64,000 nucleotides of DNA. Origin: Gemmatimonadales bacterium. GTDB lineage: Bacteria; Gemmatimonadota; Gemmatimonadetes; Gemmatimonadales; GWC2-71-9. The DNA is taken from positions 9,727 through 73,726 of the forward strand of contig JAWOLH010000068.1 of NCBI GenBank assembly GCA_033853695.1, written 5' to 3'. Positions 49,469-58,273 of the stretch are shown here, one piece after another. How positions within the stretch are numbered: the stretch's first letter is position 1; the number at the start of each line of letters is the position of its first letter. The notes below the pieces were generated by a model. The model ran no database searches, was not told the origin of the DNA, and saw nothing but the letters and a program-made list of their open reading frames with translations. The translations under genes were made by a program, and so were the position numbers.

Positions 49469-51949
49469 ATGGATGGGCTGCTGCAGGACTTGCGCTACGT
49501 GCTGCGGACGCTGAAGCAAAGCCCCGCGTTCGTGACGATTAGCGTGCTGACTCTGGCGCTCGGCATCGGAGCGAATCTCGGGATCTTTACCGTCGTGAAC
49601 GCCGTGCTGCTGCGGCCGCTACCCTTCCGCGAACCCGAGCGCCTGGTGCGCGTGTACGATGATCTGAGCCGCGCAGGAGCCAAGGACGTCGGGATGTCAG
49701 TCCCCGAGCTCCAGGATTTGGAGGGCTCCGGGGTCTTCGAGCACATCAGCGTGATCTTCCCCGTGAGCGCGGCCCTGTCGGGCGGCGACAGGGTGGAGCG
49801 GATCGCGGGGCTGGGCACCAGCCCAAGCTACTTCGACATTCTCGGCGCAACGCCGGAGCTGGGCCGAACCTATACCCAGGCCGAGTGGGTGCCGGGCTTC
49901 CTCGATGGCATCGTCATCAGCGACGGCCTCTGGAAGCGCCAATTCGGATCCGATCCGCACATCATCGGGCGACGGATTCGCGTGGACGAGGACGGGTACA
50001 CGATCATCGGCGTCATGCCGCCCGACTTTCGGCACCCCGGCAAGACGGAGGGCGGTGACGTCGACATCTGGTTCGCAACCGGCTTCGCCGGCGATCCCTT
50101 CCCGTCACCGCCGCAGCGCGGCCGGCGGTTCCTGCCCGGAGCGTTGGCTCGCCTCAAACCGGGCCTCACGCTCGAACAAGTACAGCGGCGACTCGACGCG
50201 TTGGCGATTTCGTTGCAGCAGACCTACCCCACGTTCTATCCCGAGCAGGTCGGTTGGTCGCTGCGCCTGGAGCGTGCCCAAACCAGCCTGACGGGCAATG
50301 TGCGACCGACCCTCGTGATCCTGCTCGCCGCCGTGAGTCTTGTCCTCCTGATCGCCTGCGTGAACATTGCCAGCCTGCTGATCGCTAGGGGCTCGGCACG
50401 CATGCGCGAGTTCGCCATTCGCCAGGCGCTGGGCGCGTCGCGCGGCCACCTCGTGCGACAGGTGCTGACCGAGAGCGTGCTCGTCTCGATGGCCGGCGGC
50501 GCGGCGGCGCTGGCGGTGCTCCTCATCGCACAACGATCGCTCCTGACGCTGTTGCCCGCGGACGTCCCTCGCCTTGCCGAGGTCCATGCCGATTGGCGAA
50601 TAGTGGTGTTCGCGCTGGTGCTTTCGCTCACGACCGGCGTGTTGGTTGGATTGATGCCGGCGCTCCACGCATCGGCGATCGATCCCAACCGCGACTTAAG
50701 GGAGGGCGGTCGCACCGGCGGTGGGCAAAGCGTGCGCCAACATCGATCTCGCGCCGCGCTGGTCGTGCTGGAAGTCGCCCTGTCCGCGGTCCTGTTGATC
50801 GGCGCTGGCCTGTTGGCGCGCAGCTTCTCGGCCACGCTGCGTCAGGATCCCGGTCTCGATCGTGGACGGCTTGTCGTGGGCCAGGTCTGGGTTCCCTTTC
50901 CGAACAATCCCAAGGCAAATGAATACCTGACCGTACCGCAGCGCGCCGGGCTGGCGAGGGACCTGCTCACACGGATCGCGCAGATCCCCGGCATGGAGCA
51001 AACGGCGATCGGTATGTCGAGCTCCATTCCGTTCCTCGGCACGGCGCTCTTTTCCGCTCCCGTCGCGTTTTCATTACCTGATGAGCTTACGACGCAGGAG
51101 AAAGATCACGCTGCGGAGTTTACCGCCGTGACCGCAGGGTATTTTGATGTGCTCAGGACGCCGCTGAAACGCGGCCGCGCTTTCACCGACCACGAAGTGG
51201 ACTCCACCGCAAAGGTCGTAGTGGTCAACGAAGCGTTCGTCCGCCGGTTCTCACCGCAGCGAGACGTGGTTGGCCGGCGGTTGCGGTTTATCTGGCGGGG
51301 TCAAGGACAGGAAGCAGACATCGTCGGCGTGGTCGGGGATGTGCGAAATGACGGATTGGACGTGGCGCCGCCGCCGCGCGTGTACCAGTCCATTCTCCAG
51401 TATCCCAGCACAGATCTCGCAGTGTTTCTCCGCACGCGTTCCGACGCCGACGTGAAGGCGACGAAGCAAGCCCTTACGGCGACCGTCAACAGTATCAATC
51501 CGGAACTTCCGGTTTTTGGCGTCAGAACCATGGCTGACCTGATGTCGGCTTCGACAGCGCGGCGCCAGTTCTCACTGTCGCTGATGTCGATCTTCGCCGT
51601 GTCGGCGCTCCTACTCGCCGCGCTGGGGATCTACGGAGTGATGGCGTTCGTCGTCAGCCAGCGCGCTCAGGAATTCGGCATTCGGCTCGCGTTAGGTGCC
51701 AAGCCGCGGGACATCCTCGGCCTCGCATTCCGCCCCGGCATCGTGCTCACCGCCACGGGGGCAATCGTCGGGCTGGGTGCGTCGATCGTCGTGACACGGC
51801 TGATGTCGAGCCTCCTGTTCGGCGTGTCGGCGAGCGACCCGATGACGTTCGCGGTCGTGCCGGTGCTGCTGGGGATCGTCACGATGGCCGCCTGTTTCAT
51901 TCCCGTGAGACGCGCCACGCGCGTTTCTCCGATGGAGGTGCTCAAGTAG
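49469..51949 (+). CDS. ADOP-type duplicated FtsX/MacB-like permease, paralog 2
   Basis: N-terminal LLQDLRYVLRTL. Same two-module layout. 826 aa. Confidence 0.85.
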   Translation: MDGLLQDLRYVLRTLKQSPAFVTISVLTLALGIGANLGIFTVVNAVLLRPLPFREPERLVRVYDDLSRAGAKDVGMSVPELQDLEGSGVFEHISVIFPVSAALSGGDRVERIAGLGTSPSYFDILGATPELGRTYTQAEWVPGFLDGIVISDGLWKRQFGSDPHIIGRRIRVDEDGYTIIGVMPPDFRHPGKTEGGDVDIWFATGFAGDPFPSPPQRGRRFLPGALARLKPGLTLEQVQRRLDALAISLQQTYPTFYPEQVGWSLRLERAQTSLTGNVRPTLVILLAAVSLVLLIACVNIASLLIARGSARMREFAIRQALGASRGHLVRQVLTESVLVSMAGGAAALAVLLIAQRSLLTLLPADVPRLAEVHADWRIVVFALVLSLTTGVLVGLMPALHASAIDPNRDLREGGRTGGGQSVRQHRSRAALVVLEVALSAVLLIGAGLLARSFSATLRQDPGLDRGRLVVGQVWVPFPNNPKANEYLTVPQRAGLARDLLTRIAQIPGMEQTAIGMSSSIPFLGTALFSAPVAFSLPDELTTQEKDHAAEFTAVTAGYFDVLRTPLKRGRAFTDHEVDSTAKVVVVNEAFVRRFSPQRDVVGRRLRFIWRGQGQEADIVGVVGDVRNDGLDVAPPPRVYQSILQYPSTDLAVFLRTRSDADVKATKQALTATVNSINPELPVFGVRTMADLMSASTARRQFSLSLMSIFAVSALLLAALGIYGVMAFVVSQRAQEFGIRLALGAKPRDILGLAFRPGIVLTATGAIVGLGASIVVTRLMSSLLFGVSASDPMTFAVVPVLLGIVTMAACFIPVRRATRVSPMEVLK

Positions 51950-51950
51950 T

Positions 51951-52328
51951 ATGCCAGTCAAACCGATTATCTCCGACCGTCTCGCCAAACCAGTCGGTCC
52001 GTTTTCACCCGCTGTGCGCGATGGCGATCGCGTCTACACGAGCGGTCAGGTCGCGCAAGATCCGGCCACGGGAAGACTGATCGCGGGCGGCGTGGCCGCT
52101 CAAACAGAACAGATCTTTCGCAACCTCGCGCTGATACTGAGTGCCGCGGATAAATCGCTCGGCGATGTCGTGAAGGTGAACGTGTACCTCGCCGACATGC
52201 GGGACTTCGCCGAGATGAACGAAGTGTACGCCAGACATTTTGCCCCTCCGTATCCAGCTCGCACGACGGTTGCGGTCGCAGCGTTGCCGCTGGGTGCGCA
52301 AGTCGAAATCGAAACGATCGCTGGGTGA
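51951..52328 (+). CDS. ridA: RidA family enamine/imine deaminase, paralog 2
   Basis: 125 aa (PVGPFSPA.., PARTTVAVAALPLGAQVEIE). Starts 1 nt after the permease stop. Confidence 0.85.
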   Translation: MPVKPIISDRLAKPVGPFSPAVRDGDRVYTSGQVAQDPATGRLIAGGVAAQTEQIFRNLALILSAADKSLGDVVKVNVYLADMRDFAEMNEVYARHFAPPYPARTTVAVAALPLGAQVEIETIAG

Positions 52329-52545
52329 TGATCCAGCACGATAGCGACTCGGTGTCGGTCCCCGCCGGCCTGCCGCACGCTGTTGCGCTCGCCCTTCAGG
52401 CCGACGCGATGAGCGGGTCGTACGATCGCCGTCGCCACGTGGCCCCCGATGCTTCCTGGAAGAGCTGCCGATCACGGGGCCGGGCATCACGGAGTATCCG
52501 ATGCGCCGGGCGCCGACCGTCGCCCGCTCAGCTCATGGACAAGAT

Positions 52546-52571
52546 GCCGGGGCGCCTCGCAAGGCCCCGGC
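52546..52571 (-). terminator. hairpin downstream of tspO
   Basis: GCCGGGG..CCCCGGC stem located 4 nt beyond the tspO stop. Only a weak T-run follows on the minus strand. Confidence 0.4.
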
Positions 52572-52574
52572 CGA

Positions 52575-53054
52575 TTATCGGTTGAGCCACCAGAACCCGC
52601 CGTTCAGCACCGTCGCGAACCCGACCCACGTCAGATAGGGCACCAGCAACAGCGCGGCCCCGCGCGACAGCGCCGCGAAGCGGTGTACGGTTACGCCGAT
52701 CAGCACCAGCAGGACGACGATGTCCACCAGCGCGAGCAACGGTTGCCGGATCCCGAAGAACAGCCACGACCACGCGAGATTGAAGCCCAGCTGCACGGCG
52801 TAAAACGTCAATGCGCGCCGCCCCTCGGGCCGGGCGAACCCGGCCCGCCACACGAGCCAACTGGCGAGGCCCATCATCACGTAGAGCGTCGTCCACACGG
52901 GACCGAAGACCCAGCTGGGCGGCGCAAAGGCGGGCCGCACAAGCGTAGGGTACCACGTGCGCACCGCGTCGAAGGTGAACACGGAACCGAGCGCGCCCAC
53001 AAGCAGCGGCAGCGCGATGGCCGCGACGAGGGCGATCGCCTGCATCACGACCAC
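52575..53054 (-). CDS. tspO: TspO/MBR tryptophan-rich sensory protein
   Basis: 159 aa, 5 TM, with WYPTLVRPAFAPPSWVFGPVWTTLYVMMG. Confidence 0.85.
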   Translation of the reverse strand: MVVMQAIALVAAIALPLLVGALGSVFTFDAVRTWYPTLVRPAFAPPSWVFGPVWTTLYVMMGLASWLVWRAGFARPEGRRALTFYAVQLGFNLAWSWLFFGIRQPLLALVDIVVLLVLIGVTVHRFAALSRGAALLLVPYLTWVGFATVLNGGFWWLNR

Positions 53055-53082
53055 GCCCGCGCGCTGAGAACGACCGCGGCGC

Positions 53083-53244
53083 TCACCGTGGCGGACAGGA
53101 GCGCGCGCCGACCAGATCCGTGAGTGCGGCCCGCAGCGGGAAGTGGTAGAAACTCTTGGCCAGGAGGCCGAGCCACACGAGGTCGAGGGCGAAGCACGCC
53201 ACCACGCCGACCGCGTACATCTTGAGGAAGCTGAGCGTCGTCAC
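53083..53244 (-). CDS. short ORF resembling only the N-terminal TM of DUF2177 membrane proteins (possible relic)
   Basis: ..MYAVGVVACFALDLVWLGLLAKSFY then an unrelated tail and a stop. Family recall only. Confidence 0.25.
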   Translation of the reverse strand: MTTLSFLKMYAVGVVACFALDLVWLGLLAKSFYHFPLRAALTDLVGARSCPPR

Positions 53245-53294
53245 GCGATCACCGCCTGATCCCTTGGGACCGGTTGAAGGGAACCGCTCGCCGG

Positions 53295-53855
53295 TCAGCG
53301 GTCGGTGCCACCCGCCGCTCCGGAGCCGAGGTGCCGCTCCAGCTCCGCGGCCGTATCCGGTTCGTAAGGTCCCTCGGCACGCCACTGCACCCGGCCGGCG
53401 CGGTCCACCAGAACAACGTAAATCCGGTCCTCGTCCGGGATGCCCAGCGCCGCGCGGAACGGGGACTTGTCGATGTACAGCGTGATGGTCGCCGCCCGGA
53501 CGCCCGAATCGGGAATCCCGTTGCTCATGCCGCCGTCGATGAAGGCTCGCATCAGGCGCATGCCGCGCGCAAGCGTCGGGAGCTCGTAGATCCTGAGGTC
53601 GGGGTACCGGTCCGCCAACGTCCGCAGGTGCGGCATCCAGCTGTCCACGTCCGCCTGCTGGTGCCGCTTGAAGGCGATCAGCACGACGTTGCTGGCTCCC
53701 GCGAAGTCGCCCGGCAGCTCGAACGTCCGGCCGTTGAGGTTCCGGCCGGTGACGGGGGGGAAGTGCACGCTGTCCGTTATCGGGACAGAGGATTGCGCGA
53801 CGAGGCCGCCCCGCGCGATCAGAGCCAGCAACGCTGCCCGAACCCACTCCGCCAT
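53295..53855 (-). CDS. hypothetical secreted protein, thioredoxin-like fold suspected (no CxxC)
   Basis: Signal peptide MAEWVRAALLALIARGGLVAQ. Normal composition. No catalytic motif recognised. Confidence 0.5.
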   Translation of the reverse strand: MAEWVRAALLALIARGGLVAQSSVPITDSVHFPPVTGRNLNGRTFELPGDFAGASNVVLIAFKRHQQADVDSWMPHLRTLADRYPDLRIYELPTLARGMRLMRAFIDGGMSNGIPDSGVRAATITLYIDKSPFRAALGIPDEDRIYVVLVDRAGRVQWRAEGPYEPDTAAELERHLGSGAAGGTDR

Positions 53856-53958
53856 GGATCGCTCCGTCTCATTGTTTGATGTCTTGTGGAAGTGTCGGCC
53901 GGGGTTCGACCGCGGGGGCGGCGGGCCCGAGCCCGCCGTGACGCGCCCCCGCGTCCGG

Positions 53959-54528
53959 TTAGAACCGCACCCGCAGTCCGACGGTCAGCGGCCACACCCA
54001 CGCGTTGGTGGTGTTGAGGTCCGCCTTCTTGGTGAACGCGATGTCCCCCTGGGGTGACAGCACGAAGCCGAAGTTGCGGCTGAAGTTATAGGCGATCTTC
54101 GCGCCGGCATTGATGGCCGCGTACGTCTTCTTGGTCCCGGCCACGTCGAATGTCACCGCGCCGGCGCCCAGGTTCACGAGCGCTTCCCAGCCGCGCTCGC
54201 GCTGGCCGGTGAGCGAGTACCCGAGCTTACCCATGTAGTGCAGCGTGTGAATCTTGATGCTGCTGTTGGCCTTGGCCGTGTGATCGCCGTAGTCGAACTC
54301 GCCGATCAGCACCCAGCGCGGGTCGAGCTGGTAGCCGACGGCCGCGCCGAACCCGGGGCCGGTCTTGGCCGCGTCCGCGATGTCGAACGTCGGGACCACG
54401 GCGCCTCCCAGGGCCTCGACGAACCCGCGCGGGGCGGGGGGAGCGCTCTTGCTTTGGGCGCTGGCCGGCCGCGCCCACACCAGCATCAGGCCGGCGAGCG
54501 CCGCCAGGCCGATTCTTGCAGCAGACAT
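53959..54528 (-). CDS. outer-membrane beta-barrel protein (OmpA-like barrel/porin family)
   Basis: ATG 54528 follows AGGAGG. Signal peptide ..VWARPASAQ. Alternating beta-strand pattern. Terminal ..GLRVRF. Confidence 0.75.
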   Translation of the reverse strand: MSAARIGLAALAGLMLVWARPASAQSKSAPPAPRGFVEALGGAVVPTFDIADAAKTGPGFGAAVGYQLDPRWVLIGEFDYGDHTAKANSSIKIHTLHYMGKLGYSLTGQRERGWEALVNLGAGAVTFDVAGTKKTYAAINAGAKIAYNFSRNFGFVLSPQGDIAFTKKADLNTTNAWVWPLTVGLRVRF

Positions 54529-54587
54529 GGAGAACCTCCTCGATAGAAAGAGAGAGACGGTGAACGGGCACACCCGCACTCTGATAT

Positions 54588-54605
54588 AATCGTTCAAATC
54601 GTTCA
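54588..54605. repeat. tandem 9-mers AATCGTTCA x2 in the AT-rich divergent intergenic region
   Basis: Perfect tandem copies. The inverted partner TGAACG is at 54561..54566. Confidence 0.6.
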
Positions 54606-54695
54606 CGCAATGGCATTGTACATGCAGCTAAGTCCCATGTCAACTCTCCGCTCGACAACTCATTTAAGTACACAAAAAGAAATAGCTTACAGCTA

Positions 54696-54724
54696 TTGTG
54701 CCACCGTAGAATAGAGACTATAAT
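54696..54724 (+). promoter_or_regulatory. sigma-70-like promoter for the HTH-B12-type regulator
   Basis: TTGTGC, 17 nt, TATAAT. The GTG start at 54751 is preceded by AGGGGAA. Confidence 0.5.
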
Positions 54725-54750
54725 GAAACATTCAAATCATTTAGGGGAAC

Positions 54751-55629
54751 GTGAAGCACGTTTCACCGAGGGATCTGGCCCGCGCGCTTGGCGTCTCCGA
54801 ATCGTCGGTGAAACGCTGGGTGGACGACGGCCTGCTGGCGGTGATGCGAACGCCGGGCGGGCATCGCCGCATCGCGCTGGCGGAGGCCGTGCGCTTCGTG
54901 CGCGAGTCGGGGGCGCGCGTAGTCCGACCCGAAGTGATCGTCAGCCTGGGCCCAACCCCACCGGTGGCGGCGTATGACGCCGCGGCCGGACGCGAGGTCG
55001 GCGAGCGGCTCTCCGCGCTGCTCGAAGAGGACGACGGCGCCGCGGCGCGGGCGTTGGTGCTGGCGCTCCTCGTTGCCGGCTGGCCGGTCGCGGGGATCTG
55101 CGACGGCCCGGTCCGCCTCGCGCTGGAGCGCATCGGCACGCTCTGGCAACATGGCCCGCAGGGAATCGTCGTGGAGCACCGCGCCACCGAGACGTGTGTG
55201 CGCGCGCTGTCCGAGATGCGGACGCTGTTTGTGACGCCGCCCGCCGACGCGCCGGTGGCGCTGGGCGGCGCGCCGAGCGGCGACCCCTACGTCATTCCGA
55301 CGATGATGGCCGCCGCGGTCCTCGCCGATCTCGGCTACCGGGCGCACGACCTCGGCCCCGAGGTTCCGGTGCCCGCCTTGCAGCACGCCATCGACCACTA
55401 CCGTCCCGCGATCGTCTGGCTGTCCCTAAGCGTAGCCGGTGCGGACGCCGTCCTCGCGCCCGCGCTGGGCGCCGTAGGGGCCCAGTTGGCGCGCCACGGC
55501 GCGACGCTGGTCGTGGGTGGCCGCGGCTCTGGCGGCGTGGCGCCGGCGCCGGGTCTCCTGAAGATGCACTCCATGGCGGAGCTGGCCGCGTTCGCGCGCG
55601 GCATGCGCTCTGTGCATCGGGCGCGCTGA
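54751..55629 (+). CDS. CarH/LitR-like regulator: excisionase/MerR-type HTH + B12-binding-type helical bundle and Rossmann domains
   Basis: HTH (RDLARALGVSESSVKRWVDDGLL). Wx9EH motif present (LWQHGPQGIVVEH). The Rossmann segment reads GDPYVIP where (D/E)xHxxG is expected. Confidence 0.7.
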   Translation: MKHVSPRDLARALGVSESSVKRWVDDGLLAVMRTPGGHRRIALAEAVRFVRESGARVVRPEVIVSLGPTPPVAAYDAAAGREVGERLSALLEEDDGAAARALVLALLVAGWPVAGICDGPVRLALERIGTLWQHGPQGIVVEHRATETCVRALSEMRTLFVTPPADAPVALGGAPSGDPYVIPTMMAAAVLADLGYRAHDLGPEVPVPALQHAIDHYRPAIVWLSLSVAGADAVLAPALGAVGAQLARHGATLVVGGRGSGGVAPAPGLLKMHSMAELAAFARGMRSVHRAR

Positions 55630-55673
55630 GCCGCGATGCGCCCGATCCTGAGCTACGCCGTCCGGGCTGGGGC

Positions 55674-57140
55674 ATGCGCGTCCTGATGACCGGTGCGACC
55701 GGCTACATCGGGGGACGACTCGTCCCGCGCCTGCTCGCCGCGGGCCATCAGGTCGTGTGCCTGGCGCGCGTGCCGGACAAGCTGGCCGGCCGGCGCTGGG
55801 AAGGCGTCGAGGTGCGTCAGGGTGATGTGCTCGATCCCGCCACGCTCGAGCCGGCGCTGCGGGGCGTCGCGGTTGCGTATTACCTGATCCATTCGATGGC
55901 CGAGGGGACGGGCGGCTTCGAGCAGCGCGACCGGCGGGCCGCGCAGCACTTCGGTGCTGCCGCGCGAGCCGCGGGGGTTCAGCGGATCATCTACCTCGGC
56001 GGGCTGGGGGCAGGCGGGCGGCAGCTCTCGCCGCACCTCGCGTCGCGCCAGGAGGTGGGGGATGTGCTGCGCGCCTCGGGCGTGCCCGTCACCGAATTCC
56101 GCGCGGCCATCGTGGTGGGGGCGGGGAGCATCTCGTTCGAGATGATCCGCTACCTGACCGAGCGGTTGCCGATCATGATCACGCCGCGCTGGGTGACCAC
56201 GCGCTGCCAGCCCATCGCGATCGAGAACGTGCTCGACTACCTGGTGCTGGGCCTCACCGAGCCGCGCGCGGTGGGGCGCACCTTCGAGATCGGCGGACCC
56301 GACGTGCTCACCTACGGCGACATGATGCGAGGCTACGCGGCCGTACGGGGCCTCAAGCGGTGTCTCATCCGTGTCCCCGTCCTGACGCCGCGGCTGTCAT
56401 CGTATTGGGTGGACCTCGTTACGCCGATCCCGGCGGCGTACAGCCGTCCGCTCATCGAGGGACTCCGCAGCGAGGTCGTGGTCCACGACACGGCTGCCGC
56501 CGACGTCTTCACGGTGCGGCTGATTCCGTATGCCGACGCGGTGCGCCGCGCGCTGGAGCGGACGCTGGCGGGCGATATCGAGACCTACTGGGCCGGCGCG
56601 CAGACCGGGCAGCCGCCCGGTGTGTCGCTGAAGGTCACCGAAGGCGTGATCCTCGAGGAGCGGCGCGTGGAGTCGACGGCGGCGCCGGCCGCTGTGTACG
56701 CGACCTTCGCCGGCATCGGCGGCCATCGCGGATGGTACTTCGCCGACTGGCTGTGGCAGCTGCGCGGTCTGCTCGACCGCCTCGTGGGCGGCGTGGGAAT
56801 GCGGCGTGGGCGGCGGCATCCTGACGACCTGCGTCCCGGCGACGCACTGGACTTCTGGCGCGTCGAGGCGGCGGAGCCCGGGCGGCTCGTGCGGCTGCGC
56901 GCCGAGATGAAGGTGCCCGGCTCGGCGTGGCTGCAGTTCGAGGCCCAGTCGCGGCCCGGTGGCGGATCGGTGCTCGTGCAAACGGCGTTCTTCGAGCCGC
57001 ACGGGCTCGGCGGCATCCTCTACTGGTACGGTGCCTACCCGCTCCACCAGGCGATCTTCTCGGGTCTCGCGCGTCGCATCGCCCGGCGCGCCGAGGCGCG
57101 GCCGAGCCCCGGTGCGTCGGGTGCAGCACGACGTTCTTGA
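55674..57140 (+). CDS. SDR-family NAD(P)-binding protein fused to a DUF2867-like domain
   Basis: ATG 55674 inside track ORF 55194..57140. MRVLMTGATGYIGGRL Rossmann. C-terminal ..DALDFWRVEAAEPGRLVRLRAEMKVPGSAWLQFE. Confidence 0.8.
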   Translation: MRVLMTGATGYIGGRLVPRLLAAGHQVVCLARVPDKLAGRRWEGVEVRQGDVLDPATLEPALRGVAVAYYLIHSMAEGTGGFEQRDRRAAQHFGAAARAAGVQRIIYLGGLGAGGRQLSPHLASRQEVGDVLRASGVPVTEFRAAIVVGAGSISFEMIRYLTERLPIMITPRWVTTRCQPIAIENVLDYLVLGLTEPRAVGRTFEIGGPDVLTYGDMMRGYAAVRGLKRCLIRVPVLTPRLSSYWVDLVTPIPAAYSRPLIEGLRSEVVVHDTAAADVFTVRLIPYADAVRRALERTLAGDIETYWAGAQTGQPPGVSLKVTEGVILEERRVESTAAPAAVYATFAGIGGHRGWYFADWLWQLRGLLDRLVGGVGMRRGRRHPDDLRPGDALDFWRVEAAEPGRLVRLRAEMKVPGSAWLQFEAQSRPGGGSVLVQTAFFEPHGLGGILYWYGAYPLHQAIFSGLARRIARRAEARPSPGASGAARRS

Positions 57141-57180
57141 ACGTGCCTTGCATTTGTAAGTGTGATCGGGAGGGCGACAG

Positions 57181-57402
57181 TCATCCCGAGCCCGCCTTCA
57201 GCTGGGCTGTAACGCCGCGCATGGCGAAGCGGCGGAACGGCGCGTCCACGTCCGCCGCCGGCTGCTTCGCTCCCTGATCCAGGCACCACGTCAACACGGC
57301 CATGAATGCTCCGGCCAAGTACTGCGCGGCCAGGTCCCGTTGTGCCGGGGATCGCGGGCCGCCGAGGGCCTTGAGGTCGAGCAGGGCAAGGTCTGCAATG
57401 AG
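57181..57402 (-). pseudogene. TetR-family regulator, C-terminal fragment only
   Basis: LIADLALLDLKALGGPRSPAQRDLAAQYLAGAFMAVLTWCLDQGA.. resembles a TetR ligand-domain C-terminus. The N-terminal HTH part is absent, and the homology stops exactly at repeat DR2 copy B. Confidence 0.5.
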
Positions 57403-57403
57403 T

Positions 57404-57441
57404 TGTGGGGCTTTTCTTCGGTTGTGCCCCGTGTTGTGAGT
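57404..57441 (+). repeat. direct repeat DR2 copy B
   Basis: TGTGGGGCTTTTCTTCGGTTGTGCCCCGTGTTGTGAGT; see 40664..40702. Confidence 0.8.
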
Positions 57442-57558
57442 GTCCACCCTCGTTGCGCGCCGGGCGGGTACGAGGCAAGGCAATGGGGCACCGATAGGAG
57501 GACGACGCAGACCTCCAGGAGAAAACGGTCGGGGCTACCGCTCTGGCATTGGTGATTC

Positions 57559-57588
57559 GCCCCCTCTCCACGTCCGTGGAGAGGGGGC
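57559..57588 (-). terminator. perfect 13-bp hairpin after the HdeD-like gene
   Basis: GCCCCCTCTCCAC-gtcc-GTGGAGAGGGGGC lies 8 nt beyond the stop at 57596. No U-tract. Confidence 0.5.
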
Positions 57589-57595
57589 CCGAACC

Positions 57596-58162
57596 TCAGG
57601 GCTTGACGATCGACCGAACCCGGAACGCGCCGATGATCAGAGTGAGACCGACGACGATACCGAACCACGCCATGAGTCCCATGATCGCCACGAGGGTGGC
57701 GGGCGGCGACAGCAGGCCGAATACCGACGCTACGACGCTCAACACTCCGAACGCGCCGGTCCAGCCCCACGGGGCCCCGATCTTCTTCATCTGGAGCGCA
57801 GCGTAGAATTCGATGACACCGGTGACCATCAGCCACCACACCGCAACGAACACGGCGAATGCCAATGAGAGGCCGGGATAGTACATCAGGGCAAGAATTC
57901 CGAACCCGATACTCACGAGCCCCGAAAGCAGCAGGACCCACCAGTGCCGCGCCACGCGCTTCAGCTCAAACGCTTGCACTGCGTTGACGAATCCCGTGAA
58001 CATGGCCCACCACGCGATGACCAGTGCGAAGGCGGCGATGGACTCGAGCGGACGTACGAGGATGAACACGCCGACCGCGAGGGCCAGCAGGCCACGCAGC
58101 AGGAGTGCCCACCAGGCGCGCTGAGCGAAGTGGTGCAGATCGTCAAGGACGGTGCCGGTCAT
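57596..58162 (-). CDS. HdeD/DUF308 family membrane protein
   Basis: ATG 58162 follows AGGAGG. Six TM with ..LLRGLLALAVGVFILVRP.. repeats. Confidence 0.75.
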   Translation of the reverse strand: MTGTVLDDLHHFAQRAWWALLLRGLLALAVGVFILVRPLESIAAFALVIAWWAMFTGFVNAVQAFELKRVARHWWVLLLSGLVSIGFGILALMYYPGLSLAFAVFVAVWWLMVTGVIEFYAALQMKKIGAPWGWTGAFGVLSVVASVFGLLSPPATLVAIMGLMAWFGIVVGLTLIIGAFRVRSIVKP

Positions 58163-58273
58163 AGAACCTCCTGGTGAGGTGACGCGTCGACCTCGGCCGG
58201 GCCACGGCCGACGCTCCAACAAGTCGCGGTTGATGCTGTGGTGGCGGGCGCGTTTCCAAAACCTTCAACACAG

